Source: Squalus acanthias
Taxonomy: Eukaryota
Length of the DNA stretch: 64,000 nucleotides
Direction: 5' to 3'
NCBI GenBank assembly: GCA_030390025.1
Contig: CM059432.1
Location: 55,678,001-55,742,000 of the forward strand
Shown piece by piece: positions 1 through 12,500 of this stretch; position 1 is the stretch's first letter, and the number at the start of each line of letters is the position of its first letter. A program made the translations under genes and the position numbers. The notes under the pieces were generated by a model. That model was not told the DNA's origin. It saw only the letters and a program-made list of their open reading frames with translations, and did not search any database.

Positions 1-796
1 GACTGAATGACCATGTGACTTCTAACTCTTCGACCTACACCCAAAGACTAAACAAGAGCTTGTGTTTTAAGTGTTTCTGCAGGGCCGCATGCCCCATGGT
101 CAAAAACAATCAAATGTCAAAAGCATTTGGTATAACAGCTTCAGTTAATTTACATTTTCTTTTCTTTTCCCCAGTTGAGCTTTACATCAAAAACTTCAAG
201 GTTTCAACAAATGACTGAAATAGAAATGATCCCTTTTGTTGGCTCAACTTTGAAACTCCAACTGTAAATAAACCTACAGAAACTTGGCTTTTTTCAGCAA
301 GCGTTTTATATAACATGCTATAAAATTTAGTTTGGGGCAGTGCAAATAAACCACAAAACTACCATCATGTGCCAAAAACACAACTTTAACTGCAGCACTG
401 AAATTAAACTTTTACAGCAGCTGCATATTTTCATTGTTAGATAGATTTGGAAAACAAGGAAGTATTTTTGCAAATATCTAACAGTTTTTGTCTTGACCTG
501 CAGTATCAACTCATGTTGTTATGTCTTTACTGTACTGAACAGAGCAAGTTTTATTAACTCTTGTGAGGCCCTCCCACACATAGTGGATTAGAAAGAAGCA
601 AATATAAGATGTGTTTGAATTACTTTTTAAAATTTAAAACATACAATGAAAATAAAAAAAATCATGCCTAGTCATTAGTAACAAGGGTGGTAGGCTACAG
701 TCCAATTCACTTCAAGGGGCCATGGCTACATGCTGTGCACATCACATTACTGAGGATTCCAGATGACCCAAGGTAAAAGAAGAAAAAAACACTTAC

Positions 797-847
797 TCTG
801 TTAAACCAGCGAACAAAGTCAGCATTCCAATTCCAATTGAATGCCAT
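797..847 (-). CDS. Candidate alternative first coding exon of unidentified host gene (MAFNWNWNADFVRWFNR)
   Basis: On the minus strand, GCAATGG Kozak context, 17 open codons, then AGA|GTAAGT consensus donor (phase 0). Lies in non-repetitive sequence. Confidence 0.4.
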
Positions 848-2639
848 TGCAAGAGCCGGTAATTAAGACACTGGTGTTTGATGGGTTAGGATTATCCACA
901 AGAAGCCAGCAGAATACGATGAGACAAAAGATGCAGTGCCAACTGTCAACTCGCACTTTATCATAAGAATGTATATTAACTGCTCATTTAAATAATGCAT
1001 TGAGATATCCAGTCAGTTAAGAATTCTGTGCTGCCTTGTAATATGCAACACAAAACATTTGTTATGTGCAAGGGTATCAATGCGTGTGTGTGCTTCCAAA
1101 TAAATCATGGGCATTACTATGAATCTGTATCTGAACTATATTTTTTTCTACACTACAAAACCAAACCCAAAAGTACAGACTCATTTATCCTTCATTTTAT
1201 TCCAGCATATCTGCTATATTCTGCTCCAAAGAAAGATTTTATACACTCTGTTATACCAGCACAGAAACACACCTCACAATGTAAGCACAGTCTCTGTTAT
1301 TAAGTGAATAAAATAAATTCAGTCCTTACCCAGAGTAACATATAGTCACAAGGCATGCTGATACAAATGGAATTTTTATACTTGAAAGATTAACCTGTTT
1401 AGAACTTTAGGTTTTTTCTTTGTTTTTGTAATCATGAGCTTCACATACAAAACTACATTAATTTTATTCTCCTACTTTTTAAAATCCCTTTAAAGTTTTG
1501 AAGCCATAAATATTTTTTCTGGCTGTACATCGGGTTCACTTTTAAGCTGTGCTGCTTGCAAACTGCTGGGTTGAAGTGAGTTGCAATGCACTATATCAAA
1601 CATAGAGCCACAAACATCATACATTTTTACTAATTAACCACCCACAATTAACAGAGTAATCTGCTGCTAACATAAATATAAGGATATGAAAGGTAAGAAT
1701 TTTGTTTACTACCATAAAATCAATAACTCATAGCTTAACGTGTTACTTTTCTACTTTTGACCAAGTTACCTGCATGACTTCCTTCTCATACTTAAAAACT
1801 TTACAGAAAACAAACTTCCATCTGTAAGTCAATATCGATGGTGTAAAGCACCACCTGCAAGTTATTTAGATAGTCTATTAACCACTAGCTACTTTTGTCA
1901 CCAGTTAGTTTAACCTTTGAAACATGTCAATCGATAGGCACAGAGTTTAACAGAAAGGTCAGTATGACCTTGTAAAGTCCGTCCTGTTCTTGATATTTAA
2001 ACAAACTGCAGTTTGGCTTGGTCTCAAGTGAATCATAAGAGATGTGTGCTAAATTCTTGTGCAGGAGTGAGTAATAGCTTAGGTATCAGTTCCACCGTGA
2101 TATGACACAGATCTGTTTGGCAGACTAATACTTTTTACAAAGGCATAAATAGTATCTGTGGGAAGTGATAGTGTACTTTTTCCAAATAGACAACATTTTG
2201 GTTCTGGTTCTGAAACACATGATAAGGAAGGGGAATGAGTTAAAAGAAAGAATCGGATTTTGATACCAGCATCTTTTTAATAATTCAATTCACTTTAGGA
2301 ATAGAATAAACAAAACTATACATACCACAGAAATATAAGAAAGCAAAGGGGCGATTGTTAACTGTGGTGCAAGTCAGGTGGGTGATGGGCAGGTGTCCAC
2401 AACTCGCACCCGATGGCCAGTGGTAGGCCCAAACAATTTTCAGGCAGGTCGCTGATTGATGGGCGGGGGGGGGGGGGGGGGGGGGTTTAAAAATTTGGCG
2501 GCTCCTATGCGAAGCGGAGTCGGAAGTGTGTGCTTAAAGGGAGGGAGCAATCGTGAGGGAAAGGCATGGAAGGAAGAGCAGCAGACCGGAAGATTTCTAT
2601 GGTCATCCTGACCCCGCAAATATCAGTGTCTAGACCCTA

Positions 2640-2871
2640 AACTCTGGTATTTCTTCCCTAAACCTTTCTGCCTCTCTACCTCTCTCCTCCTTTAAGACGC
2701 TCCATAAAACCTTCCTCGTTGACCAAGCTTGTGGTCAGCTGTCCTAATATCTCCTTTCTTTCTTATGTGGCTCGGTCTCAAATTTTGTTTGATAACGCTC
2801 CTGTGAAGCACCTTGGGATGTCTTACTACGTTAAAGGCGCTATATATAAATGCAAGTTGTTGTTGTTGTTG
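2640..2871 (+). mobile_element. L2-type LINE 3' end fragment
   Basis: Ends GGCGCTATATATAAATGCAAG(TTG)n. Homologous to the minus-strand L2 fragment at 22546-23320. Confidence 0.75.
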
Positions 2872-3072
2872 CCACTGGACTTTTGGAAACGCTTTTGGAG
2901 TGGCCTGCAACAGTCCCTTTAAGTACTGCTGGTAAGGCCGCTCTGCATTCAATGCATACTGCATGCTCCGCCCACTGGAAGCTGAAAACTACAATGGGGT
3001 TCTAGAACCAACATGGGCCTGCAATTTAAACATTTAAATAATGCTCCCACCTGTTTCGGAACGGGAGGCCAT

Positions 3073-3235
3073 CAATGTTCCCGTTTAGCTGCGTGGCCGC
3101 GCAGCTGTCCAAAGCTCCCGCGCAGGCCGCTTGCTGGTTTCTCAATGGAAAAGGTGCGCATGTGCAGAAGTTTGAATGAGCCACACAGCCCCTTAAAGGG
3201 GCCGTGCACCCAAAACAAAATTAGAGAGAACATTG
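3073..3235. mobile_element. hAT-type MITE
   Basis: TIRs CAATGTTC...GAACATTG and an 8-bp TSD GAGGCCAT/GAGGGCAT (1 mismatch). Confidence 0.75.
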
Positions 3236-3614
3236 GAGGGCATGGTTCCCACCACCCCCATTTCGAGGGCCACTCAAAAATGTAATCAGGCGGGCCTCTG
3301 TGGCTAGTGGGCGATAGGTTTTTAAAAATTGTGTAAGCCTAGCACCCCAGTTTTATGCTTGAACAGAAAACTGTAGTTTTCTAGACTGACAAAAATCACC
3401 CCTATAACTTCTGTGAGAATAATGTGACAGCAACCTCTCCACATTTCTCAATGAGGTGTGAAAAGACAACAAACTCATTAGTAATTACAAAGGACATGCA
3501 CATTGCCTCGAGGAAAGGTCAGATTATACATTGTCAGCAATGCACAGTGAAAATCAAACTCATGGACAATATCCAGTCCTCTGCAAGTATTGTTCAGATA
3601 ATGACAAATTCATT

Positions 3615-3773
3615 GGGGGAAAAATTCAGTCGCGCCCCCTTTGGGGTGCTAACTTCGCCGGGGCGCTACTTTTAGCAGCACTGCGGGGCGCTACCAGCTA
3701 CCGCTGGCACTAATCTCCCGCTGAATTTCATGGGGCGCTAACAGGAGGCACAAAGCAACCGAATTTTTCTCCC
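3615..3773. mobile_element. Harbinger MITE (GGGGGAAAAATT family), 159 bp
   Basis: TIRs GGGGGAAAAATTC / GAATTTTTCTCCC, with GGCGCTA motifs shared with the ends of 33388-37579 and 56071-60076. Confidence 0.8.
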
Positions 3774-4385
3774 AATCTACTTCATTCGGGGAAAACACCC
3801 CATAAACTTTGCACTTCAAAACCAGATCTAGATTCACATTGCTCCTGACATACTGTTATTCAGGAGCCACAGATGACAATATTTATACAATCATGAGTGA
3901 CAAGTAAAATTTGCTGTATTTTTTAACAGGAAAAATACAAAGTTCAACTCACTGCATGATATAACTGCATAATCAGCACAATTTTCCCCTGGAAACTGTA
4001 CTAGAATTTTGTGATTGTTTCTGCTATCATTTTGAAAATCGTCTTGGCTGAAAAGAATGAAATTTTAAAAAATCTATCTCAGTTCAAGATGGAAAATGTG
4101 CCACTGCTAGGTCATAGAATGAGGAAGAGATATTAGATCTATGACAAAATTTGGTAGGGAGGATGTGGTCAGAGCGACTTACACCTTCTGGACCTGACCC
4201 TGAATGCAACTTTTATGGAAAGCTATTCAGAATGCCATAAAGACTGGAAATCACACTGATGCTCCCTCAGATCCATTCCTGCCTGCTAGTTATGTCCTTA
4301 GAGGTATGAGATAAAGAAAGGTGAGAAAACACCATCAGGCACATCAAGCCCACTGCATTCAGACAACCTTGCAACCACGTACACT

Positions 4386-4484
4386 GAAATATAAACAGAA
4401 AATGCTCGAAATACTCAGCAGGTCAGGCAGCATCTGTGGAGAGAGAAACAGAGTTAACGTTTCAGGTCGATGGCCTTTCATCAG
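4386..4484 (-). mobile_element. Penelope pLTR fragment with hammerhead motif
   Basis: Reverse complement of the 30320-30420 pLTR segment. TSD AACCACGTACACT / AACCACATACACT. Confidence 0.8.
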
Positions 4485-4487
4485 AAC
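4452..4487 (-). ncRNA. Minimal hammerhead ribozyme motif (stem II mismatch)
   Basis: Minus strand reads GTT-CTGATGA-A-AGGCCATCGACCT-GAAA-CGTT-AACT. Confidence 0.6.
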
Positions 4488-4549
4488 CACATACACTACT
4501 GTCCCACCCACTAGCCATGCAATCGCCTGAGAGAGGCAAAGAACAGAGA

Positions 4550-5945
4550 AATGAAACTGCCGCCAATTGAGGAAAAACTCTAAGAAATTCCTTCCTGACT
4601 CCCCAAGGCAATCAGGCAAGTTTGCAGGAGACCACTGTAGCCCACAACTCCTCATGATCACAACTAACTAGCAATTTACCCTTGACAACTAAAATGCCCT
4701 TTTCTCTCAGTTTTTGTTCAAAGGACTATTGTGCATCCATACCCACTGCATATTTCAGCATTCTAATCCAGAAGCCAATGTTTCTCTTAAAAGAAATACT
4801 TACTGGCATCGAAACTAACTCTTTCGCTATAGATTTTATATGCATGCCCCATATTCTAACACCCCTACTCATCCTAAGTAACCTATCTAACTGGACTAAG
4901 TCCAATGTCTTCATTATTTTAAAAACCTCAAACATATCCCCTCTAAGCCTGCATTTCTCCAAACTAAATGGTCCTAACATTTGCAGCCTATCTCCATTAC
5001 TAAGTGCCCTAAGACGAGCTAGATATCATTCTGGTCACCCCCTCTGCACCTTTTTCAGAGCCTCAATATCCTTAACCAGTTGCGGGGACCAAAACTGGAC
5101 ACTATGGGGGTGATTTTGCCGATGGGGGTGCCTTGGAGGCGGAACTGCTGCTTGTCGGGTTTTAGTCCCACCTCCATCGACTTCTGGCCAACCCACGCTA
5201 TTTTCCCTTGATTGACCTTGTTAAGCCCACCCAGTGGGCTTAGCAGGCCAATTAAGGGGAAGCCGGTTATAGAGAACGTTACAGAGAAAATTTTTGACAG
5301 ATGAATTGTCATCGTTTGACAGCTCTGTGAAGCTGTCAAACACTGACATTCTCTGTTGTTTGATGAGTTCTTGTATTCAAGACTCATCAAACCTCTTTTG
5401 TGAGCAGAAATCAGATGGCTGTTGCATCGGAGAATGCAGCAGCCATCTGTCATCTCTGCCAGTGAGATGCGAGACTCTCCGGTTCCCCAACTGTTGAAGC
5501 CTGCAGGAAGAAACAAAGGTAAGTAAACATTTTCTATCACTTTTCACTCACCTCACATACTTATCTCTCCACACTTGCACCCATCACTTACCTCCACAGT
5601 GCGCTTTTGCACCCCTCCGACCCCCGCAGACCAACTACTCGCCTCGGTGATCCCAGCGGGGTTTCCCGACATCGGGAAGCCCGCGCCTCTGCTGGAAAAA
5701 TGGGGATAATCCTCTTAACTGCTTGTAATCCCCTTCCCGCCTCCAGGAGACGGGACCCGGCACGCGTCGGCTACCCGCCTCCTGGGAAGATGGCACGGAG
5801 GCAGGTTGGGGGTGGTATGGGTACCCGCCCCCAGATTCTGCCATTTTCCCGGCAGTCCTGCCTCCAAACCCGCCTTCCCAGGGCTGGCAAAATCCAACCC
5901 TATGTTTTAAGTGCTAATGTATCAAAGCCTCATACAGCACAAGTA
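4550..5945 (-). mobile_element. Old CR1 LINE 3' remnant interrupted by MITE 5106-5900
   Basis: ORF 4726-4980 (-) reads LGPFSLEKCRLRGDMFEVFKIMK, the CR1 ORF2 C-terminal motif. CR1-like sequence resumes after 5903. Confidence 0.7.
5106..5900. mobile_element. Harbinger non-autonomous element
   Basis: TIRs GGGGGTGATTTTGCC / GGCAAAATCCAACCC and TSD TAT/TAT. Confidence 0.85.
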
Positions 5946-6030
5946 TAGTTCTTTTCATTTTATACTGAGATTTTTTTCCTCTCCCAGGAGATTTTGTGGC
6001 TGCTGGTGGATGGGGGCGATGGGACTCAAG

Positions 6031-6600
6031 GGGGGCAAAATTGGGTCGCGCCCCCTTTGGGGCGCTAACTTCGCCGGGGCGCTACTTTTAGCGCCCCGAG
6101 AAAAAGAACGCCCCCACACCGAAATTCACTGGTAGCGCCCCAAGAGATTACACAAATTAGGGATGTATTCTCTAGAATTTATAATTCTAGGGAATACAAC
6201 CCTAACTGTTAACCTAAGAGGGTGCTAACGGGGCGCAAAGCAACTAGCGCCCGGGTGCAGTGCTGCTAACGCTTCCCGCGAAATTCAGCGGGAGGTTAGC
6301 GGCGGCGATAACCGTTAGCGCCCCACGGCACTGCGCCTCCGGCGATGACATCATTACCGTGCGCAGCGCCCCGCTCGCACCCCGGCCTCGATCTTCGGTA
6401 GCGCCCCCTGACTTACCACCGGACGCTATGTCCGACAGGGTCACGGGGGCCTACCTGTGGCCGGGGCAGCGCAAATTAAAGGGGAGGTGCCGGGCGGCCA
6501 TTTTTGTTGCTGGCCACCTGCCAGCACCTGCCCCGTTGCTGTCCCCGCCCTCCTGTGAAGCCCCACCGCGGGGTGCCAGCTGCGCTCCGTGAGCCCGGCA
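6031..6600. mobile_element. Rearranged Harbinger MITE (same family as 61734-62239)
   Basis: Starts GGGGGCAAAATTGGGTCGCGCCCC. 6031-6110 matches the reverse complement of the 62239 end, while ~6250-6520 matches 61770-62030 directly, implying an internal inversion. Confidence 0.65.
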
Positions 6601-6604
6601 CTCC

Positions 6605-6957
6605 TCTTGATTATCTGGTCATTATCACATTGCTGTTTGTGGGAGTTTGCTGTGCGCAGATTGGCTGCCACGTTTCCCACAGTACAACAGTAACTCCACT
6701 TCAAAAGAACTTCATTGGCTGTAAAGCGCTTTGAGACATCCGGTGGTCGTGAAAGACGCTATATAAATGCAAGTCTTTCTTTCTTTCTGTTCCCCAACTT
6801 CTCGAAATCAAACTGTAATCTATTGATTGGGTCTGAATTTCCTACATTACAACGGTGACTACACTCCAATAAGTACTTCATTGGCTGTAAAGCACTTTGA
6901 GACGTCCGGTGGTCGTGAAAGGCGCTATATAAGTGCAAGTCTTTCTTTTTTCTTTCT
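6605..6957 (+). mobile_element. Two tandem L2-type/SINE 3' tails
   Basis: Both copies (6605-6788, 6837-6957) end CATTGGCTGTAAAGC...GCTATATAARTGCAAG(TCTT)n. Confidence 0.75.
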
Positions 6958-8414
6958 TGAGTTACTAAACCCTATGAATATTTTCGTGTCAGCAGCAAAT
7001 TAAAGAATGGTTCTATTAAAGCCCTCATTTAAATCATTACTGAAAACATCATGGCCCCAATACAGAGCCTTGTTGACCTCCACTTGCGATGAGGACCCAA
7101 TAAGATCCAATCCCACCAATGACAACTCTCTGCTTACGAGATTTCAACCAGTTACCTTTCTGCCTGAGTTATGCAGTTAGCACAACTATCACTGCTAACG
7201 GCAACAGGATGCATCCTCCCATTATGGCAAAACCTAGTCCTCCCACCACAAAAATATGGATTCGGCACCATTTGGACATATGCCAATCAGAGCACATGAT
7301 ATACAGGCTTTGCTTAGAATTGGAAAATAACAAGCAGTCTGAACCTCCTTCCTGGAGATCTATACAACAGGTCCCCTCTCATCAACCCTACACATAAAAG
7401 GGTGAAACAGGTTAATGGCGATGAGAGCACACTGTGCTGGAAGTAGGGTTAGGGTTACCTAACCACCACTAGTCCTCAGTTGTACAGAAAAAGTGATCCA
7501 ACCCTCAAAAATATTCCATGATAGGGTAGCATAGCCCCTGTGCACCCCTATCTGGCTGTGCTGCACCCACCAGATGTCCACTTCAGACCAGAAGGTATTA
7601 AACTACTGTACAAATATGCATAATTAGGCCATGAATGCACTCTTCTGTAAATGCCATCTTGAGAATATGCAGGAGTGAAAACCAATATAGAACTTTTCTG
7701 TTTTGTTAGAAAAAAGTTTTGAAAATGTTAAATTTAAGAAATTGTTTATACTTCCACTGCTAATTGTTAAATGTTTTCTGGTTTTCCTCTTTCAACTTGT
7801 GATCTGTAATGTTTAGTTTCCTGAAATAAAACTAAAATCAACTAGCAACTAAGAGGCTTAAATTTTGCTCACAGGCAAATGGTCCCTTGGGTGAATCAAA
7901 GCACATCTTTCTAGTTATAGTTAGGGGTTGCTTTGGGTCTTATGCACAAGTTACAAGCAGCCTCTATCAATTTTGGCTGGAACACTGGGTTCTGGATTTA
8001 AAGAATGTCTGTCCCAAATGTTTAGCTCTACATTCAACAGCCTTTTTTGTCATTCACATGTACAAAGCAGAGATGTACTGAACAAGTTTAAACTTGTTAG
8101 TATAGTGAGCAATATGTGGCAAGCAGCCAAACAAAACTAATCTCACACACAAGAAAGCAGTTCAAAAAAATAGCTATGTTTTACAGGATTTGTAAGTAGC
8201 ATTTGTAACCAGTCTGGAATTAAAACTGCATTTTTCTAAATAATAATTTGGACTGTATGTAAACTTTCAAATGATCAGACGATTATCGTACAGAATAAAC
8301 ATTTCAGTATCATTACTGAATAAATAGTTGATTTAAAGGCAGTTCCTTCCATCTCTGTAGGCACTGGTCTAAAATGACCCTCTGTTCCTTCTATAGGTAA
8401 AACTTGTCACTTAC

Positions 8415-8513
8415 AGTCAAACAAGACAAACCAACAATACATCGTAGGAAACAGAGGACACCATCCTTCACTGACTTCCTGTAGAGACAGAAGCTGGTGT
8501 CCCTATCCATCAT
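8415..8513 (-). CDS. Candidate alternative first coding exon of unidentified host gene (MMDRDTSFCLYRKSVKDGVLCFLRCIVGLSCLT)
   Basis: ATGATGG Kozak context, 33 open codons and an ACT|GTAAGT donor (phase 0). About 1 kb of repeat-free sequence lies upstream. Confidence 0.45.
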
Positions 8514-10251
8514 CTGTCCTTCCTGACCCCTGCTTCCCAGTGAATCCAGGATCAGCAAAAATGTCACAATAGGAGCTGGATTGCTTTATTGAGAGAATGA
8601 CCCTATTCTATAGCACTGCAATCAACTTAAACACAGGATTCCATGTAAAAGTATCGCGTGTTCAATTCCAATTCCCTTTAACACCATCGTTTTTGTTCCC
8701 CTGTGCAAAAATCCAGTACCGCATTCTCATAACAAAAATCCCTTTATTGATGGAGTACTAAATTAATCCCACATGCAAGAGTCCCTCTTGAAGTTCAATT
8801 TAATTTGCAGTTCCTTCACACTCTTCTCAGTGCAGAAGGGCAGCTGTGACACACACAAGTACAGCTGGACAGAGACTACCTTTGGCTTCTAATTTTCCGT
8901 TGCCAGGCAAAGCCACTTGATCTCCTGCCCTAGCAAGCTTATCTGCAGTGCTAGACCTTGATGATTCAGTCCCTCTACTTCACAGAAAAATATTTGCTCA
9001 ATTTCTTATCACTAACTCCTGCCAGGAGGCAGACTCTTCTCCAGCAGCTGGAGTCTGAAGGATCACACTGAATATAAAGGCAGGTTCAAACTATACAACA
9101 AACAGGGCTGTCCACATAAATCAGAAGAAAAAATCCGAGGCAGTCCTAATAGTGCAGAGTGCTGGTGTACAGAAAGTAGACATGAATCTGCTCCCACAAT
9201 TGCCATAAGTGACAGGTTCCCAATAGAGCAAATTTGAGGAAAAGGAGGAAAGAAATAGGTATTGAACAGTGAGAAGATACAGCCCCACGAGCAGTAAGAG
9301 AAGATCCAGGGATGAGCCTCCCTGCTCCTCTTGGCAGCAGATTATGCTACCATGTTTTCAGCTGGAAAACTGTGTAAAGCATCTAAGGGGAGGGGGAAGA
9401 GAAGAATTTTTTTTAAACTGGTGCATCACCAGTAGCATCGTACACAGTAAGTCGAAGAATATGGTCACTTTGATACCTATGTGCTGCTGATCCTGTGTGT
9501 CTCTTCTGCTTCTCACTTTTTCTCTTCAATGCTACTTCTCTGCCCTTAACTCTTCATTTTGCTTCTCACTCAGGCTTTGTCTGTTTTTCTCTCTCTGCCT
9601 CTTCTTTTCTTTCCTTTCGGGTGGGAGGTGGTGGGTGGTATGGTGTGCTGTGGCAGGGAAAGGAGCCATCAATGACTGTGGGCTGCATTTTGGGGTGAGG
9701 GTTGCGGAGAAAACACAGTCCTCAGCCGCTTCTTTCTCACTCCCTCCCTCAAACACTTGGGCTTCCCCCACCTCACTCCCAATGTATCTCCTATGCCTTC
9801 ACCTTCACACCATCCATTCCCTTTCTTACCACTCCCCTATTATCACTACCTCCATCTTTTCCCCTTTGAACAACCCACTCAACCCCTGTACCCTCCCATC
9901 CCCCCATGCTCCACCGTTAATCATCACAGCCTTAACCTTCCATCCACTCTCCCCACTCCCACTAGCTTCCCCAAAGGTGGATGCCAAGAAACCAGAGCCC
10001 CCCTCACCCTCACTAGTTTTTCTCCTCCCCTCCCCCGCTATGTTTCCCTGTAAAAGGCTTTGTGTGCTCTCAAAATGCAATTTTTAAAAAAGAAATCAAG
10101 TTAAAATTAGGAAAATAAACTTCCTGTTTGCTTTTCTATTTGTTTGTCTCTCCCTCCAATTCAGTAGATGTTAGAAATTAGAATTTCTGTCTCACAAGTG
10201 TAAACGATTAGCATTGACCTCTTCTGTCAACAGAACACAGATGGAGATATT

Positions 10252-10991
10252 GGCCCAAAAATTAGTCTTGCTACGCGAGAGTACGCACTGTGTACTCTCA
10301 CGTATTCTGTCTCCAATTGCCGGTTTTCTGCATGCACTGCGCATGCGCTGAAAACCGGCACTTGGTGATTTCAAAAGGGGGCGGTTCCTAGGTAAACCGC
10401 GTGCGCGCTACAGGCTGCGCGCACGCAGTGCACTTAGTGCTTTGAACGCGCAGGTAAGCATGGAAGATTTTGCACATAAAGAAAGGAGGCGTAAGACCCT
10501 CTTTTAACAAGGTAAGTAGTTAATTAAGTATTATTTTGAATTTTTTTCAACAGGTATATCTTTTTTAGAGACTTTAAAGAAAGGTAAGTTTATTTTTATA
10601 ACTTTTTAAAAGATTTTAAATTTTTTCAAAAATTTAATTTTTTGTTTAAAATGGTTAATTTATTTAACTATACTTATTTTATTAATGTGATGGTTTTTTT
10701 TTAAATTTAATTGAGGTTTAGCTGTTCTTTTGGGGGGGTATAGATTCATAGCTTTCACAGCACTTGTGAAAGCTATGAATGAAAGATGGTGTGCTGCCAT
10801 TGGCTCTAACTGAGTCACGTGATCCCACAGCTCGCACGAATTAACTGCGCCTGTGGGATACGAAAGCACTGCACAGCTGCTGTCCAGAACATCAAGTTCG
10901 TGCGAGCTGGGAATGAAAAAGCCAGCGCGCAGTGAGAGATCGCGGGGAAGCCTTACCCTCGCACGAAGGCTCCCTCACTAATTTTTGGGCC
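10252..10991. mobile_element. Harbinger-like MITE
   Basis: 15-bp perfect TIRs GGCCCAAAAATTAGT / ACTAATTTTTGGGCC, CpG-rich subtermini and an AT-rich centre. Flanking 3-mers are ATT/AAT. Confidence 0.8.
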
Positions 10992-11848
10992 AATCAGTTG
11001 GCTTCAAGATTTAAATGGTTCTTTTTTTTAAATTGTAGTAACATTAACTGTATAAAGACACGCACTCTCACTCACCCCCTTTCTCTCTGACTCATCATTC
11101 TCACCCTCAACCTCTCTGTCTAACTTGTCTCTCTCTTTTTCTCTCTCCGCTTACTTTAATACACTTTTTTAAAGTTATAGAACAGGAAACAAAAGCTACA
11201 ACAGGTGTGCAATGAGAACACCGATTTTCTTTCTCACACAGACACATACAACACAGCTTCTTGTTTTAAAAAAACTCATATTCAATATAAATTTTACCTT
11301 AGTAAAGCTTTCGAAATTTGTTCTCTTGTTTGTAAAAATTGTTTGAAGAACAGCTACTGGGCAGTCAGTGCTTAGAGGTAAAGAGAAATATTCCATCAGC
11401 ACCACTGACTGACAATACATGATGCATCCGAGAAATTAGGCACATTCAACAAGCTCAGACTGCATACTCTAAATTTAGATCACAGCACTCGGCAGAAATA
11501 TTCAAGTCCAGCCTTTTAGGTGATGCTGAGATTTTCAAGTAAAAACTTTAATGAAGGTAGGAAAAGACACACCGCCTACTGAATATATATTAGGTAAACT
11601 GCAGCTCATAACTGTTAGTATTTGGGCAAGTCAGTCCACTGATTTCCTGGGTCTACCTCATGAATTACATCCACCATTCCATCTCTTTTGAATTAAATAT
11701 ACTTCTGTATGTTGAGCACTATACTCAGGCTAGGACAGAAAAAAGAAAATACCTAATTGTCTTTGTTATGTTAATGATAATATTCATTCAAAGGAAAGAA
11801 CAATGGAGTACTTCTTAATCAATGATTTAGTCTGACATACATTACAGT

Positions 11849-12060
11849 CATGATGTGGAGATGCCGGTGTTGGACTGGGGTGGACAATTGTGAGAAGTCG
11901 CACAACACCAGGTTATAGTCCAACAGCTTTATTTGAAATCACAAGCTTTCGAGCGCTGCTCCTTCGTCACCTGACTTCACCTGACGAAGGAGCAGCGCTC
12001 CGAAAGCTTGTGATTTCAGATAAAGCTGTTGGACTATAACCTGGTGTTGTGCGACTTCTC
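11849..12060. mobile_element. Penelope-type mini-insertion with inverted pLTR arms (second family)
   Basis: 14-bp TSD ACATACATTACAGT (11835-11848, 12061-12074) and ~80-bp inverted arms at 11889-11969 / 11982-12063. Confidence 0.8.
11977..12013 (+). ncRNA. Minimal hammerhead ribozyme motif
   Basis: TCAC-CTGACGA-A-GGAGC(AGC)GCTCC-GAAA-GCTT-GTGA: complete core, stem I TCAC/GTGA, stem II 5 bp, palindromic stem III. Confidence 0.75.
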
Positions 12061-12500
12061 ACATACATTACAGTGTTCGCCTAATAGGGCTCCAAAAGGA
12101 ACTGAATGGCTCAGTGAGGCTGATGATGCAGCAACAGGACCACAGTGAATCATGTACTGGCCACGACCGCACTGATCTCAAACTATAATGCAAGGTCAGC
12201 TCAATTTAAATATTTTTTTGGCATTCCCAGCACATAGGATTTTGCCAGCGGAGGTGGGTTCACGTCGGGTTCGCTGTTTGGTGGGTTCTGGTCCCGCTGC
12301 CGGTTTCAGCCGCACTGAGATAAGGATTTTGAGCTAACTGGGCTTATTAAGCCCGCCGTGCGCGTTACCCGGCCCAATGAGTGGGTTCGGGTCTGTTGCT
12401 CGCCTCTGCTGACGTCTTCGATTCAGCTGCATTTAAGGGGCCCATGCAGCCTTTGGGTTTTATTCACTTTCTGATGCTCCTCAGTGGTATTGTTTGCGAG

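Larger units (their letters stand above)
2348..3402. mobile_element. Decayed composite non-autonomous element (Harbinger-like ends) containing nested inserts
   Basis: Imperfect inverted ends GGGGCGATTGTT ... AAAAATCACCCC and a GC-rich interior. The flanking 3-mers do not match, so boundaries are uncertain. Confidence 0.35.

Noticed and set aside
2465..2485. Poly-G run, and (CA)n at 28262-28280
   Set aside because: Ordinary simple repeats.
9497..10087. 196-aa ORF
   Set aside because: Low-complexity pyrimidine/C-rich sequence, non-ATG start and no recognisable motif.
3612..10994. ATT...AAT flanks at MITEs 3615 and 10252 as a novel inverted TSD
   Set aside because: Only two cases, and each is explained by a single substitution in a 3-bp TSD or a slightly longer TIR.
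12105..12200. tRNA gene or SINE head (TGGCTCAGTGAGG)
   Set aside because: Only an A-box-like start, with no B-box or cloverleaf supportable.
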